A stretch of 64,000 bases of DNA. Origin: Oceanispirochaeta sp. GTDB taxonomy: Bacteria > Spirochaetota > Spirochaetia > DSM-2461. Positions within the stretch are counted from its first letter, which is position 1. Each line of letters begins with the position of its first letter. Location of the stretch: contig CAXXXD010000002.1 in assembly GCA_963663385.2 (NCBI GenBank), forward strand, positions 1,728,001 through 1,792,000, written 5' to 3'. Below the pieces are notes generated by a model. The model was not told the origin of the DNA. It worked only from the letters and a program-made list of their open reading frames with translations, and did not search any database. Position numbers and translations under genes: made by a program. Of this stretch, positions 8,567-18,085 are shown piece after piece.

Positions 8567-10042
8567 ATGAGGGTAGGCTTGAACTCGATGAGTGCAGACG
8601 CAACTGAGATTAATAAAACAAAAAAGACTAGCAATGGGGAAAAGCTTCGGGAGGATATTGAGAAATACTATCTTCCTGAAAATCTTGTAAAATCCATACT
8701 TGAGATTGGTTCCATACCGGAGGAGTCGGAGGAAGCTCTTGTGGGTATCGGATTTCTGGATATTGCCGATTACACATTCCTTTCAAAATTTCTAAGCGCC
8801 AAGGAAAATCAGACTATCCTGAACGGTCTTTATTCCGCTTTTGACTGGGTTCTGAAAAAACATGGCGGTTACCTGAATAAAATCGAAGGGGACAGCCTTA
8901 TGTTTCAGTACGGCGGCCCTATCGATCCCCGAACACGCGGACTGACGGAAGAGGAAACCAGGCTGTATATATCTACCGAACTGTTTTATACCTGTGTCGA
9001 GCTGCAGAGGGTTTGTAACCTTTTTAATCAGGCTAATGACAAATTCCTCTATTCGGAAGAGGAGGGAAAAACCAAACAGAGTATATTAAAGGCTTTTGAT
9101 ATCATCCGGGGGTTGAGGAACAATGAATTTCTCTCACCTTCCATCAATGCCCTCTTTCAGATCAGGATAAGAGTAGGCGCATCAATTGGCAAGGTTCAGA
9201 TAGGCAACTTCGGTCCCGACGGGGCCAAGCACTGGGATGTCATCGGGATGCCCGTTATTTATGCCAAGAGAATGGAATCGACAGCACCGGTCGGGGGATT
9301 CAGAATATCGGAAGAGTATTTCAAGATTCTGGATGATCAGGGTGTCGTTGAGGCTTATATGACCCGGTTTAAAAGGGAGGCTTCCGCTCTGTTCAGCGAT
9401 TACAGGACGATAAAGAAAGAGGAGCTTTTCCGTTTCAGTCAGGTATTTCTGAAAGAAAAGAAGAATGCCGGATTCAATACCTACAGTGTGCAGGTTGAAC
9501 CGAATCTTCCGGAGGAACTGGTACGTCAGGTGGAACTTCTGCTTCAGAAAGATGAACCGGGGGCTTCCCGTATTATTGATTTTCTGCAGTATTACAGGGG
9601 AAATCAGTATGTTATTAATAAACTCGAAGACCTTTTCAGGCGTTCGAAAATAAATATAAGAAAAGATGAGCTGCTTAAACTTCTTCTTCCCGGCCGGTAC
9701 CGGTACTATATTTCACAGGCCATGGGTGATGAGGGGAAGGCGGCGGAACTGATACACGAGGAATTTACTTTAAAGGACCTTATGGATATTCTGGGGGATC
9801 TGCAGGATGCTGTAAAATCGGTGAGGAATCAGACGCCCCCTCTATTGTCTGAGTATCCCGGATATGAAGAGTATATAAAACAGGAAGAGTATAAAATCAC
9901 AGCCCATTACGATGACATAAAAAACTCCATTGCTCATACAAGCTATTTTTACAATCTCCTTTTTCCGCTGTTTTTCAGGCATATCAAATCCAGTATTCTG
10001 GAATATCAGCAGAGGCTGGAGATTGTGGAGGATGTATTGTGA
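8567..10042 (+). CDS. Class III adenylate/guanylate cyclase domain protein (soluble)
   Basis: GFLDIADYT, KIEGDSLM, IRVG...G..G and WDVIG.PV..AKRMES motifs. Confidence 0.82.
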   Translation: MRVGLNSMSADATEINKTKKTSNGEKLREDIEKYYLPENLVKSILEIGSIPEESEEALVGIGFLDIADYTFLSKFLSAKENQTILNGLYSAFDWVLKKHGGYLNKIEGDSLMFQYGGPIDPRTRGLTEEETRLYISTELFYTCVELQRVCNLFNQANDKFLYSEEEGKTKQSILKAFDIIRGLRNNEFLSPSINALFQIRIRVGASIGKVQIGNFGPDGAKHWDVIGMPVIYAKRMESTAPVGGFRISEEYFKILDDQGVVEAYMTRFKREASALFSDYRTIKKEELFRFSQVFLKEKKNAGFNTYSVQVEPNLPEELVRQVELLLQKDEPGASRIIDFLQYYRGNQYVINKLEDLFRRSKINIRKDELLKLLLPGRYRYYISQAMGDEGKAAELIHEEFTLKDLMDILGDLQDAVKSVRNQTPPLLSEYPGYEEYIKQEEYKITAHYDDIKNSIAHTSYFYNLLFPLFFRHIKSSILEYQQRLEIVEDVL

Positions 10043-10635
10043 GACAGCTCTCACTCTCAGTGTTTTTTCTATTGTTTTTTGCAGCTTTGCTTTCTGCCGG
10101 GGAGATCGTTCTGGTTAATAAAACCGGATTTATCCTGTATGAAGTTTTTTTTACACCCCAGGAATCTTCCGATTGGGGTGAGGATATTCTGCCTTATGAC
10201 GTAATCCTGCCTGACGGGTATGCCTCTCTTGATGTTGATGAATCCGCCGGCAGCGGAATTTTCAAGATTCGACTGATAGACGAAGACGGAGAAATCTATC
10301 TGAAGCATAATATCAACCTGGATGTCAGGAGGAAAATCCTTGTCCAGCCAAAGGATCTGCTGGCTCTCTCTCCCGATGAAGGTTTGACGTTCACCCTGGT
10401 CAACAGTACGGGAGATACCATTACAGGTCTCTATATCTCCTCTGAAACGGAAGACAGCTGGGGAGATAATCTGATAGACGGTTATTTCCTGAACAATAGC
10501 GAACAGGTAATTGAGCTTCAGTCTGACTTCGATTCAGCCTTTTACGATATCCGTTTTGATATGAGAGAAAACAGTTATATTCAAAAACATGTTTTTTTAT
10601 CCCATAGAGCCCGTATCCTGCTGTCTCTTGAGTAG
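10039..10635 (+). CDS. Exported protein with two tandem homologous domains
   Basis: Signal peptide; repeats LVNKTGFILYEVFFTP..SSDWGEDIL and LVNSTGDTITGLYISS...DSWGDNLI; GTGA overlap with the upstream stop. Confidence 0.8.
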   Translation: MRQLSLSVFFLLFFAALLSAGEIVLVNKTGFILYEVFFTPQESSDWGEDILPYDVILPDGYASLDVDESAGSGIFKIRLIDEDGEIYLKHNINLDVRRKILVQPKDLLALSPDEGLTFTLVNSTGDTITGLYISSETEDSWGDNLIDGYFLNNSEQVIELQSDFDSAFYDIRFDMRENSYIQKHVFLSHRARILLSLE

Positions 10636-10688
10636 AACACATGGAAAACAGGTGATATTATACTGCTCTGATTTATGAGGAGTTTTTT

Positions 10689-12608
10689 TTGGGCAGTGAT
10701 TTTTTACCCGTAAACCGGGAGGATATGAAAAAACGCGGCTGGGGCAGTTGTGATTTTGTACTGATATCTGCAGACGCCTATGTGGATCATCCTTCCTTTG
10801 CCATGGCCATCATCTCCAGGGTGCTGGAGGATAGGGGGTACAGGGTTGGTATTATTTCACAGCCTGACTGGAAGGACCCTGATGCATTCCGGGTACTGGG
10901 AAAGCCTGATCTGGCCTTTCTCGTATCTGCCGGCAATATCGATTCCATGGTCAACCATTACACTGTTAACCGCAAACTGCGCAGACAGGATGCATACTCT
11001 CCCGGAGGAAAAACCGGTCTGCGTCCGGACAGGCCTTCCATTGTTTATACTTCCATGGCCAGGCAGGCATACAAAGAGATTCCGGTTATTATCGGAGGGT
11101 TGGAGCCCTCTCTCCGGAGATTGTCTCACTACGATTACTGGAGCGATAAGGTACGCCGTTCCATGCTTCTGGACAGTAAAGCTGATCTTCTGATGTACGG
11201 GATGGGTGAAAGCAGTATGGTATCCATCGCTGAGGCTCTGAAAACAGGGCGTTCCGCAGCTGAACTGAAGAACCTGAGAGGAACGGTCTGTGCTGTCTCC
11301 TCAAAGGACCAACTCCCTCCGGACTGTCTGATTCTGCCGTCTTTTGAGGAAGTTTCCGCGGACAGGAGAGCCTATGCAGAAAGCTTCCGGATCCAGTATC
11401 ATAATACGGATCCTGTTCTGGCAAAGCCTCTGGCGGAACCCTGCGGAAAACGGTTTGTACTGCAGAATCCGCCATCTTTTCCCATAACCCGAGAAGCCAT
11501 GGATAGAGTCTATGCTCTGCCTTATATGAGAAAGGCACATCCCATGTATGATTCAGAAGGTGGAATCCCGGCCCTGAAAGAGGTCGAATTCTCCCTGGAA
11601 CACAACAGGGGGTGTTTCGGCAGCTGCAACTTCTGCGCCATTACATTTCATCAGGGGAGGATTGTCTCTTCCCGGAGCCACAGTTCCGTACTGGCCGAAG
11701 CTGAAAAGCTGACAGCTCTGCCCGGGTTTAAAGGGTATATACACGATGTGGGCGGGCCGACTGCCAATTTCCGGAGGCCTGCCTGTTCAAAACAGCTGTC
11801 CAATGGGGCTTGTCAGGATCGGTCCTGTCTGACACCTGATCCATGCGGGAACCTCGATTCGGATCACCAGGATTATCTTGACCTTCTCAGAAAGCTGCGG
11901 AAACTGAACGGGATTAAGAAAGTATTTGTGCGTTCGGGAATCCGTTTCGATTTTATGCTGCAGGACAAAAATGAGAAGTTCTTCAGGGAGCTGTGCGAGC
12001 ACCACATCAGCGGACAGCTCAAGGTCGCTCCGGAACACGTTTCTCCCCGGGTTCTCAAAGCGATGAACAAGCAGAAACACCCCGTTTACAGGAAATTCAT
12101 GAAGAGATTCGCCGAAATAAACAGGGAGTTGGGGAAAAAGCAGTACCTTGTTCCCTATTTTATCTCTTCCCATCCCGGCAGTACCCTGAAAGATGCCATT
12201 ATGCTGGCTGAATTCATGAAGGAGACCCGCTTTATTCCCGATCAGGTTCAGGACTTCTATCCGACACCGGGTACAATCTCCACCTGTATGTACTATACCG
12301 GCCTTGATCTTGAAACAATGCAGCCAATTCCTGTGGTCCGGAAAGAGCGGGAAAAGAAGATGCAGCGGGCCCTGCTGCAGTTTAACCGGTCTGAAAATTA
12401 CAGGCTGGTTAAAGAGGCTTTGCAGAAAGAGGGCCGAACTGATCTGATCGGGAACGGTCCCCGCTGCCTGATAGGGAATAATGGGAGTTCAGAAAGGTAT
12501 GCCCGGGGCGAACAGAAAAAAGAAGGAGCCCCGATACTCAACGGGAATCTTTCCCGGGGCAGGGGCAGAAAACGTCCGAAGGGTAATAATACCCGGAGAC
12601 GTTCATAA
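10689..12608 (+). CDS. ygiQ: YgiQ (UPF0313) family radical SAM protein
   Basis: DAYVDHPSF, RGCFGSCNFC (CxxxCxxC), DVGGPTAN, LKVAPEH and QVQDFYPTP. Confidence 0.93.
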   Translation: MGSDFLPVNREDMKKRGWGSCDFVLISADAYVDHPSFAMAIISRVLEDRGYRVGIISQPDWKDPDAFRVLGKPDLAFLVSAGNIDSMVNHYTVNRKLRRQDAYSPGGKTGLRPDRPSIVYTSMARQAYKEIPVIIGGLEPSLRRLSHYDYWSDKVRRSMLLDSKADLLMYGMGESSMVSIAEALKTGRSAAELKNLRGTVCAVSSKDQLPPDCLILPSFEEVSADRRAYAESFRIQYHNTDPVLAKPLAEPCGKRFVLQNPPSFPITREAMDRVYALPYMRKAHPMYDSEGGIPALKEVEFSLEHNRGCFGSCNFCAITFHQGRIVSSRSHSSVLAEAEKLTALPGFKGYIHDVGGPTANFRRPACSKQLSNGACQDRSCLTPDPCGNLDSDHQDYLDLLRKLRKLNGIKKVFVRSGIRFDFMLQDKNEKFFRELCEHHISGQLKVAPEHVSPRVLKAMNKQKHPVYRKFMKRFAEINRELGKKQYLVPYFISSHPGSTLKDAIMLAEFMKETRFIPDQVQDFYPTPGTISTCMYYTGLDLETMQPIPVVRKEREKKMQRALLQFNRSENYRLVKEALQKEGRTDLIGNGPRCLIGNNGSSERYARGEQKKEGAPILNGNLSRGRGRKRPKGNNTRRRS

Positions 12609-12687
12609 AGCATTCATAAATCAAGACTTTACGATCAGGTTGGTTCTTGTTACTTTATAGAGTAGAATGCCATAGAGGAGCAATTCA

Positions 12688-13515
12688 TTGAGAGGTTTAG
12701 AAGGATTAATCGGGGGAGTCATCGGATTCTTCCTTGGTATAATGTCGGGTATCCCTTTTATGGGTATAATCGGTGCTGTGGTAGGCAGTTCCATCGGGCG
12801 GAGTTTTTCATCCTACTCCGGTCGGGCGGGGGGATCATTCAATCAGTTCAACCGTTTTCAGGGAACAGGAGGGTATAATCGGCAACAGGCGTCCTTTTCT
12901 GATGCACAGAATAACAGCCGTCTGTTCTTTTCAACCCTGTTTTCCATGCTGGGTAAACTGTCGGTTGCGGACGGCCGTATTTCTGATGAAGAGAAACAGA
13001 CCATCTACCATTTCATGCGACAGGACCTCAGGCTGGATCCAGTCAGTCAGCAGGCTGCCATGGAGATATTTAATGCGGCAGCCCGTTCAGGTGATCTCTT
13101 TGAATCCTATGCCCGTCAGTTTTATCAGGCTTTTGCCGGAAATGCCCAGTTTATGGAGCTTCTGCTTGATATCCTTTTAAGAGTGGCTGCCGCGGACGGT
13201 AATATCCATCCCGAGGAGGAGAGGATGATCCAGGAAGCGGTTCGTATCTTCGGTTACAGCCAGACATCCTACGACCGTCTTAAAAGTAAATATGCCAAAA
13301 CCACATCCTCATCGGCGTCCTACAGTATTCTGGGTTGTTCTCCATCCGATCCGGATGATATGGTAAAAAAGGCTTATCGTACGAAGGCTTCCGAGTTTCA
13401 TCCTGACAGGGTGGCGGCTAAGGGGCTTCCTGAAGAATTTACCCAGTTTGCCAATGACCGTTTCCAGGAAATACAGGAGGCCTGGGAGTCCATTAAAAAG
13501 GAACGGAACCTTTGA
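12688..13515 (+). CDS. djlA: DjlA-like co-chaperone (TM anchor, TerB-like domain, C-terminal J domain)
   Basis: Gly-rich N-terminal TM, ADGRIS/ADGNIHPEE TerB repeats, FHPDRVAAKGLPEE. Confidence 0.88.
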   Translation: MRGLEGLIGGVIGFFLGIMSGIPFMGIIGAVVGSSIGRSFSSYSGRAGGSFNQFNRFQGTGGYNRQQASFSDAQNNSRLFFSTLFSMLGKLSVADGRISDEEKQTIYHFMRQDLRLDPVSQQAAMEIFNAAARSGDLFESYARQFYQAFAGNAQFMELLLDILLRVAAADGNIHPEEERMIQEAVRIFGYSQTSYDRLKSKYAKTTSSSASYSILGCSPSDPDDMVKKAYRTKASEFHPDRVAAKGLPEEFTQFANDRFQEIQEAWESIKKERNL

Positions 13516-14393
13516 TGAGATGCTGGTTTCACACATCCGGTCATAAATTCCGCAAAGAGTTCATCAGCTTTTTAAGCCTTACCCTGGGCTGCCTTATTAT
13601 GGCCCTGGGGATGAATCTGTTTCTTATCCCCAATAAAATCGTAGCAGGCGGTCTATCCGGTATCGGTACGGTTCTCTACCACCTTTTTGATCTTCCCGTG
13701 GGTATGACGGTTTTAGCCATGAATGTGCCTCTGTTTCTTGCCTCCTGGAAGATGCTGGGGAGTTCTTTCGGAATTAAAACCCTGATAGCCACGGTTCTGC
13801 TCTCTCTGTTTATAGATGGGACCACTTTCCTCAATGTCCTGACGGATGATCTGCTGCTGGCTTCCATTATGGGGGGCGGAATGATCGGGCTCGGGCTGGG
13901 ACTCATCTTTCGTGAGGATGCTTCAACGGGAGGAACGGATCTCGGGGCGAAAATCGTTCATAAGGTTATTCCATTTATTTCGGTCGGACAGCTGCTTCTG
14001 GCCATTGATGCGGTGGTTGTCCTGATGGCTGCCTTTGCCTTCGGTCAGTATGAACTGGCCTTATATGCCGGGGTGACTATCTTTCTGACTGCCCGTGTGA
14101 TTGATGCAGTTGTGGTTGGTGTCAACTATACCAAAGCGGCTTATATCATCTCTCTGAAATCTGATTTTATCAGCAGGCGGATTCTGGTGGATATGGACCG
14201 CGGTGTAACTGAGCTTAAAGGGAAGGGGCTGTATACGGGAAATGACCGTCCTGTTCTTCTCTGTGTGCTCCGCAGTCGTGATGTTCCTCATCTAAAGCAG
14301 ATTGTTTCGGAGATTGATCCCGAGGCTTTTATTTTTATTTCTGATGTGAGAGAGGCTTTCGGGGAGGGATTCAGCTATGAGTCGAAAGGATAG
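13512..14393 (+). CDS. YitT family membrane protein
   Basis: GGLSGI, ASTGGTD, RGVT...GKGLYTG and IDPEAF motifs. Confidence 0.9.
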   Translation: MMRCWFHTSGHKFRKEFISFLSLTLGCLIMALGMNLFLIPNKIVAGGLSGIGTVLYHLFDLPVGMTVLAMNVPLFLASWKMLGSSFGIKTLIATVLLSLFIDGTTFLNVLTDDLLLASIMGGGMIGLGLGLIFREDASTGGTDLGAKIVHKVIPFISVGQLLLAIDAVVVLMAAFAFGQYELALYAGVTIFLTARVIDAVVVGVNYTKAAYIISLKSDFISRRILVDMDRGVTELKGKGLYTGNDRPVLLCVLRSRDVPHLKQIVSEIDPEAFIFISDVREAFGEGFSYESKG

Positions 14394-15123
14394 AGTATTT
14401 GATGATACGGATCCTGTGGTACGCCCCTTTGAATTTAACGAGACCGTTGCCCATGTCTTTGATGATATGGCCCGGCGCAGTATACCCCATTATGTCGATG
14501 TACAGTCTATGGCCACCACTCTGGCCCTCACTTTTTATAGAGAAGGGAGCTGGATTTATGACCTGGGCTGTTCAACCGGAACCACGATCAGTCTGATTCT
14601 GGAAGGTCTGAAAGAGCATGGTTTAAGGGATTACTACATCCGGGGGGTCGATAATTCACCTGCCATGTGCCGGGAAGCCCAGGAGAAGGTGGGCTCTCTT
14701 GCTGCCGATCCCGGAAGAGTGAGCATCGAAGAGGCGGATATTCTTAATGTCCCCATTCAGAATGCTTCTGTTGTTATAATGAACTATACCCTGCAGTTTC
14801 TGGATCCCCTGGAAAGGGAGCCCCTTATCCGCCGGATCTATGAGGGTTTGAACCATAACGGTATTCTGCTGGTAAGTGACAAAACCCTTCAGTCCCATAC
14901 GGATATCAGCCGTATTTTTATTGATAACTACTATAATATGAAGCGTGCCAATGGGTATTCCGAGCTGGAAATCTCCCGCAAGAGGGAGGCTCTGGAAAAT
15001 GTTCTTATTCCCTATCCCATCCGGGAAGAGGAGAATCTTTTCAGGAATGCCGGATTTGAAGCGGTAGACCTTTTCTACACCTGGTATAACTTTTCTTCAT
15101 TTATCTGCCTGAAAAAAGGATAA
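14377..15123 (+). CDS. cmoA: Carboxy-S-adenosyl-L-methionine synthase
   Basis: FEFNE.VA.VFDDM.RRSIP.Y, YDLGCSTG, NYTLQF and NGYSELEISRKREALENV. Confidence 0.93.
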   Translation: MSRKDRVFDDTDPVVRPFEFNETVAHVFDDMARRSIPHYVDVQSMATTLALTFYREGSWIYDLGCSTGTTISLILEGLKEHGLRDYYIRGVDNSPAMCREAQEKVGSLAADPGRVSIEEADILNVPIQNASVVIMNYTLQFLDPLEREPLIRRIYEGLNHNGILLVSDKTLQSHTDISRIFIDNYYNMKRANGYSELEISRKREALENVLIPYPIREEENLFRNAGFEAVDLFYTWYNFSSFICLKKG

Positions 15124-15129
15124 CTACTC

Positions 15130-16119
15130 TTGAAGCATACGGAAATCTCCAAAGAATATCTGAAAGATCGCTGCTATGACCCATACAAATCGGAAATCAG
15201 GATGGATGAGCTCAAACACCTCCGGAAAGATCTGGCAATCAAGCTGGAAAAACCCTCTGTAAAAGTATGGGAGGATCCTGTGGAAGCTCTGCAGCAGAGA
15301 GAGGGGGACAGTTTTGATTTTGATTCTCCAGCTGTGCGTTTCGGGCGGGAGGGTGACCTTTGTGGCGAGGAAAGGGAGAAACTTGTAACAGCCCTGAAGG
15401 CTTTGATGCCCTGGAGAAAAGGTCCTTTCAGCTACTATGGTACGGAAGTGGATGCGGAGTGGCGCAGTAATCTTAAATGGGACAGGGTTTCTCCCTGGCT
15501 GCCAGATCTGAAAAATAAAAAGATATGTGATATAGGCTGCAATAACGAATACTATATGTACCGTATGCTGCCGCAGGATCCCTGGTTTGTTCTGGGGATA
15601 GATCCCATGGTCCGCTATTACTATCATCACAGGCTGAACCGGAAGTTCTACCGGGATCCCCGTGTGAATTTCGATCTGCTTGGTGTGGATGATCTGGTTC
15701 TGTTTCCCCGCTTCTTTGATGTGGTTTTCTTTATGGGGATCATTTATCACAGGAGAAACCCCCTGCAAACACTCGAGATCCTGGGGCAATCGATGAAGAG
15801 GGGAGGAACCCTGATTCTTGAGAGCAGCGGTATCCCCGGGGATGACCCCTACTGCCTTTTTCCGGAAGGGCGGTATATGCAGGCACCGGGCTACTGGTTT
15901 CTGCCCACAGCCTCGGCTCTTGTAAATATGCTGAACCGTTCCGGTTTTTATAAAGTGGAAGTTTTTGACAATTTCAAGCTTGAAACGAAGGAACAGCGGC
16001 GGACTGACTGGGCTGTCTTTTACTCCCTTGAAGAATTTCTCGATCCTGAGGACCCTTCGAAAACAACAGAAGGTTATCCGGCGCCGACACGGATCTATAT
16101 AAGAGCTGTTAAAAAATAG
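15130..16119 (+). CDS. cmoB: tRNA 5-methoxyuridine(34)/uridine 5-oxyacetic acid(34) synthase
   Basis: LMPWRKGPF, DAEWRSNLKW, DIGCNN, MGIIYHRR and TTEGYPAP; adjacent to cmoA. Confidence 0.93.
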   Translation: MKHTEISKEYLKDRCYDPYKSEIRMDELKHLRKDLAIKLEKPSVKVWEDPVEALQQREGDSFDFDSPAVRFGREGDLCGEEREKLVTALKALMPWRKGPFSYYGTEVDAEWRSNLKWDRVSPWLPDLKNKKICDIGCNNEYYMYRMLPQDPWFVLGIDPMVRYYYHHRLNRKFYRDPRVNFDLLGVDDLVLFPRFFDVVFFMGIIYHRRNPLQTLEILGQSMKRGGTLILESSGIPGDDPYCLFPEGRYMQAPGYWFLPTASALVNMLNRSGFYKVEVFDNFKLETKEQRRTDWAVFYSLEEFLDPEDPSKTTEGYPAPTRIYIRAVKK

Positions 16120-16142
16120 GCCTGTTCTACAATTGTCAGGGC

Positions 16143-16169
16143 AAAAAAATAGCCCCGCCGAGGCGGGGC
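16143..16169 (-). terminator. Rho-independent terminator, minus-strand oriented
   Basis: 7-bp GC stem (16152-16158/16163-16169); the A7 tract is on the left only. Confidence 0.7.
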
Positions 16170-16235
16170 AACCGACTAAACGGATCTGCCGGGAAGTATT
16201 CGTTGGGAGGGGAATAGAGTTTCCCGGCAAACCAC
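16143..16235 (-). ncRNA. Candidate small RNA (two hairpins, intrinsic terminator)
   Basis: Minus strand: long stem with a CCCUCCCAAC loop, then GCCCCGC-CUCG-GCGGGGC followed by UAUUUUUUU. No minus-strand CDS is nearby. Confidence 0.5.
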
Positions 16236-16242
16236 GTTATAA

Positions 16243-16269
16243 TGATCGGCAGCAGTTTAGGAATGTTGA
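16243..16269 (-). promoter_or_regulatory. Putative sigma28 (FliA)-type promoter
   Basis: Minus strand TCAA-N15-GCCGATCA versus consensus TAAA-N15-GCCGATAA. Confidence 0.4.
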
Positions 16270-16297
16270 ATTAATAATGCAAAAAAGGGGAATCTCC

Positions 16298-18085
16298 ATG
16301 AATATAATAAGTGAACGTTTAAAATCATTAAGGGAACTGATGGCCCGTGAGAATATGGATGCCTATATTATATATAGTTCAGATCCCCACGGCAGTGAAT
16401 ATGTCGCGGACCACTGGCGCTGCCGGTCCTGGATTTCGGGATTTACAGGAAGCGCCGGTACGGTTGTTATAACCCGGGAGGAAGCAGGACTCTGGACGGA
16501 TTTCCGTTATTTCATTCAGGCGGATGAAGAGTTGAAGGGCAGCGGAATTACCCTATACCGTTCCGGAACGCCAGGTGTTGAGGAATACCGGGAGTGGATC
16601 TGCAGCAGGCTTCTGCCCGGCAGTGTTATCGGAATGGACGGCCGGACCCTGACGGTTAAAGAGTGGGAATCCCTTGCTCAGAAATTTATACCCCTCCAGT
16701 ACAGTATTGCCAACAGAAAGGATCTTGTAGGGGAGTTGTGGCAGGATCGTCCGTCTCTGCCTGCTGCCCCGGTCTGGCAGCTCCGTCCCGAAGAGGCGGG
16801 TGAACTGCGCAGTGAAAAGCTGGCAAGAGTCCGCGGGGAGATGAAAGAGAGGGGCGTTACAGCCTATCTGATCTCTTCTCTGGATGACATCGCCTGGCTG
16901 TTGAATGTGCGTGGAGGGGATGTCTCCTATAACCCTGTTGTCCAGAGCTTCCTGCTGCTGGAACAGGAGGGGGCATTCTGGTATGTTGATGGAGGAAAGC
17001 TGGAGAAGGATGACAGGACCGCTATTGAGGGTGATAAGATTCAGATTAAACCCTATGAAGCTGTCGCGGATGATCTTTCCGGACTGCCTGATGAAACAGT
17101 GCTTCTTCTATCACCTGTCAGAACGAACTCTCTCCTGGCCACCGCTCCTCCCGAAAACCTTAAAATCCTCCAGTCTCAGGATATTACAACCGCTTTTAAA
17201 GCCTGTAAGAATGAAACAGAGCAGAAGCAGATACGGATTGCCATGGAAAAGGATGGAGCCGCTCTTGTCCGGTTTTTTATCTGGCTGGAAAGGGAAATCG
17301 GTAAGAGGAATATAACCGAACTGGAGGCTGCTGCTGTTCTGCGTGAATGCAGAAGCGGGCAGGAGGGGTTTCTTGATGAAAGTTTCAGTCCCATTCCCGG
17401 ATACAGAGCTCATGGTGCAATCTGTCATTATGAAGCGGATGAGAAAGGGCAGTTTACCATGGACTCTTCAGGTCTGTTGCTTCTGGATTCGGGAGGACAG
17501 TACAGGCAGGGGACTACGGATATTACCCGAACCATAACACTCGGTTCACCTTCGGAGGAGGAGGTAAAAGACTATACCCTGGTTCTCAAAGGGCATGTCG
17601 CTCTTTCCCGGGTCCGCTTTCCCCGCGGTACCAGAGGCTATCAGCTTGATCTTCTGGCCCGTCAGCCCCTGTGGGAAGAGGGGCTGAATTACGGCCACGG
17701 TACGGGGCATGGGGTAGGATTTGTTCTGAATGTTCATGAAGGTCCCCAGAGAATCAGCCCCCATGCCATAGATGAAGCCCTTTTACCCGGAATGGTTACT
17801 TCCAACGAACCCGGGATTTACAGGGAAGGAAAGCATGGGATCCGGATTGAAAACCTTATCATGACAGTTCCCTGGGAGGACTGCCCCGGAGAAGAGGAGT
17901 TCTTACGGTTTGAAACCCTCTCTCTCTGTCCCTACGACAGAAAGCTGATTGACACAGCTCTGTTATCGGAACCGGAAATTGAATGGATCAATGCCTACCA
18001 TGCAGAAGTTGTCCGCCGCCTCTCCCCTTTTCTGAACGGGGAAGAAAGAACGTGGCTTGAAAGGGCCGCCCGTGAAATCTCTTAA
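16298..18085 (+). CDS. Xaa-Pro aminopeptidase (aminopeptidase P, M24B)
   Basis: DPHGSEY, SGFTGSAG, LDSGGQY..GTTDITRT, HGTGHGVG..LNVHEGP, SNEPG.Y and GIRIEN. Start moved to the ATG at 16298, after AAGGGG. Confidence 0.92.
   Translation: MNIISERLKSLRELMARENMDAYIIYSSDPHGSEYVADHWRCRSWISGFTGSAGTVVITREEAGLWTDFRYFIQADEELKGSGITLYRSGTPGVEEYREWICSRLLPGSVIGMDGRTLTVKEWESLAQKFIPLQYSIANRKDLVGELWQDRPSLPAAPVWQLRPEEAGELRSEKLARVRGEMKERGVTAYLISSLDDIAWLLNVRGGDVSYNPVVQSFLLLEQEGAFWYVDGGKLEKDDRTAIEGDKIQIKPYEAVADDLSGLPDETVLLLSPVRTNSLLATAPPENLKILQSQDITTAFKACKNETEQKQIRIAMEKDGAALVRFFIWLEREIGKRNITELEAAAVLRECRSGQEGFLDESFSPIPGYRAHGAICHYEADEKGQFTMDSSGLLLLDSGGQYRQGTTDITRTITLGSPSEEEVKDYTLVLKGHVALSRVRFPRGTRGYQLDLLARQPLWEEGLNYGHGTGHGVGFVLNVHEGPQRISPHAIDEALLPGMVTSNEPGIYREGKHGIRIENLIMTVPWEDCPGEEEFLRFETLSLCPYDRKLIDTALLSEPEIEWINAYHAEVVRRLSPFLNGEERTWLERAAREIS

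Noticed and set aside
15124..16230. 368 aa minus-strand ORF opposite cmoB
   Set aside because: Shadow of cmoB; it would also run through the minus-strand terminator at 16143-16169.
16133..16297. 55 aa N-terminal extension of aminopeptidase P in the ORF track
   Set aside because: Family similarity begins at MNIISERL; the stretch is occupied by RNA hairpins and promoter-like elements.
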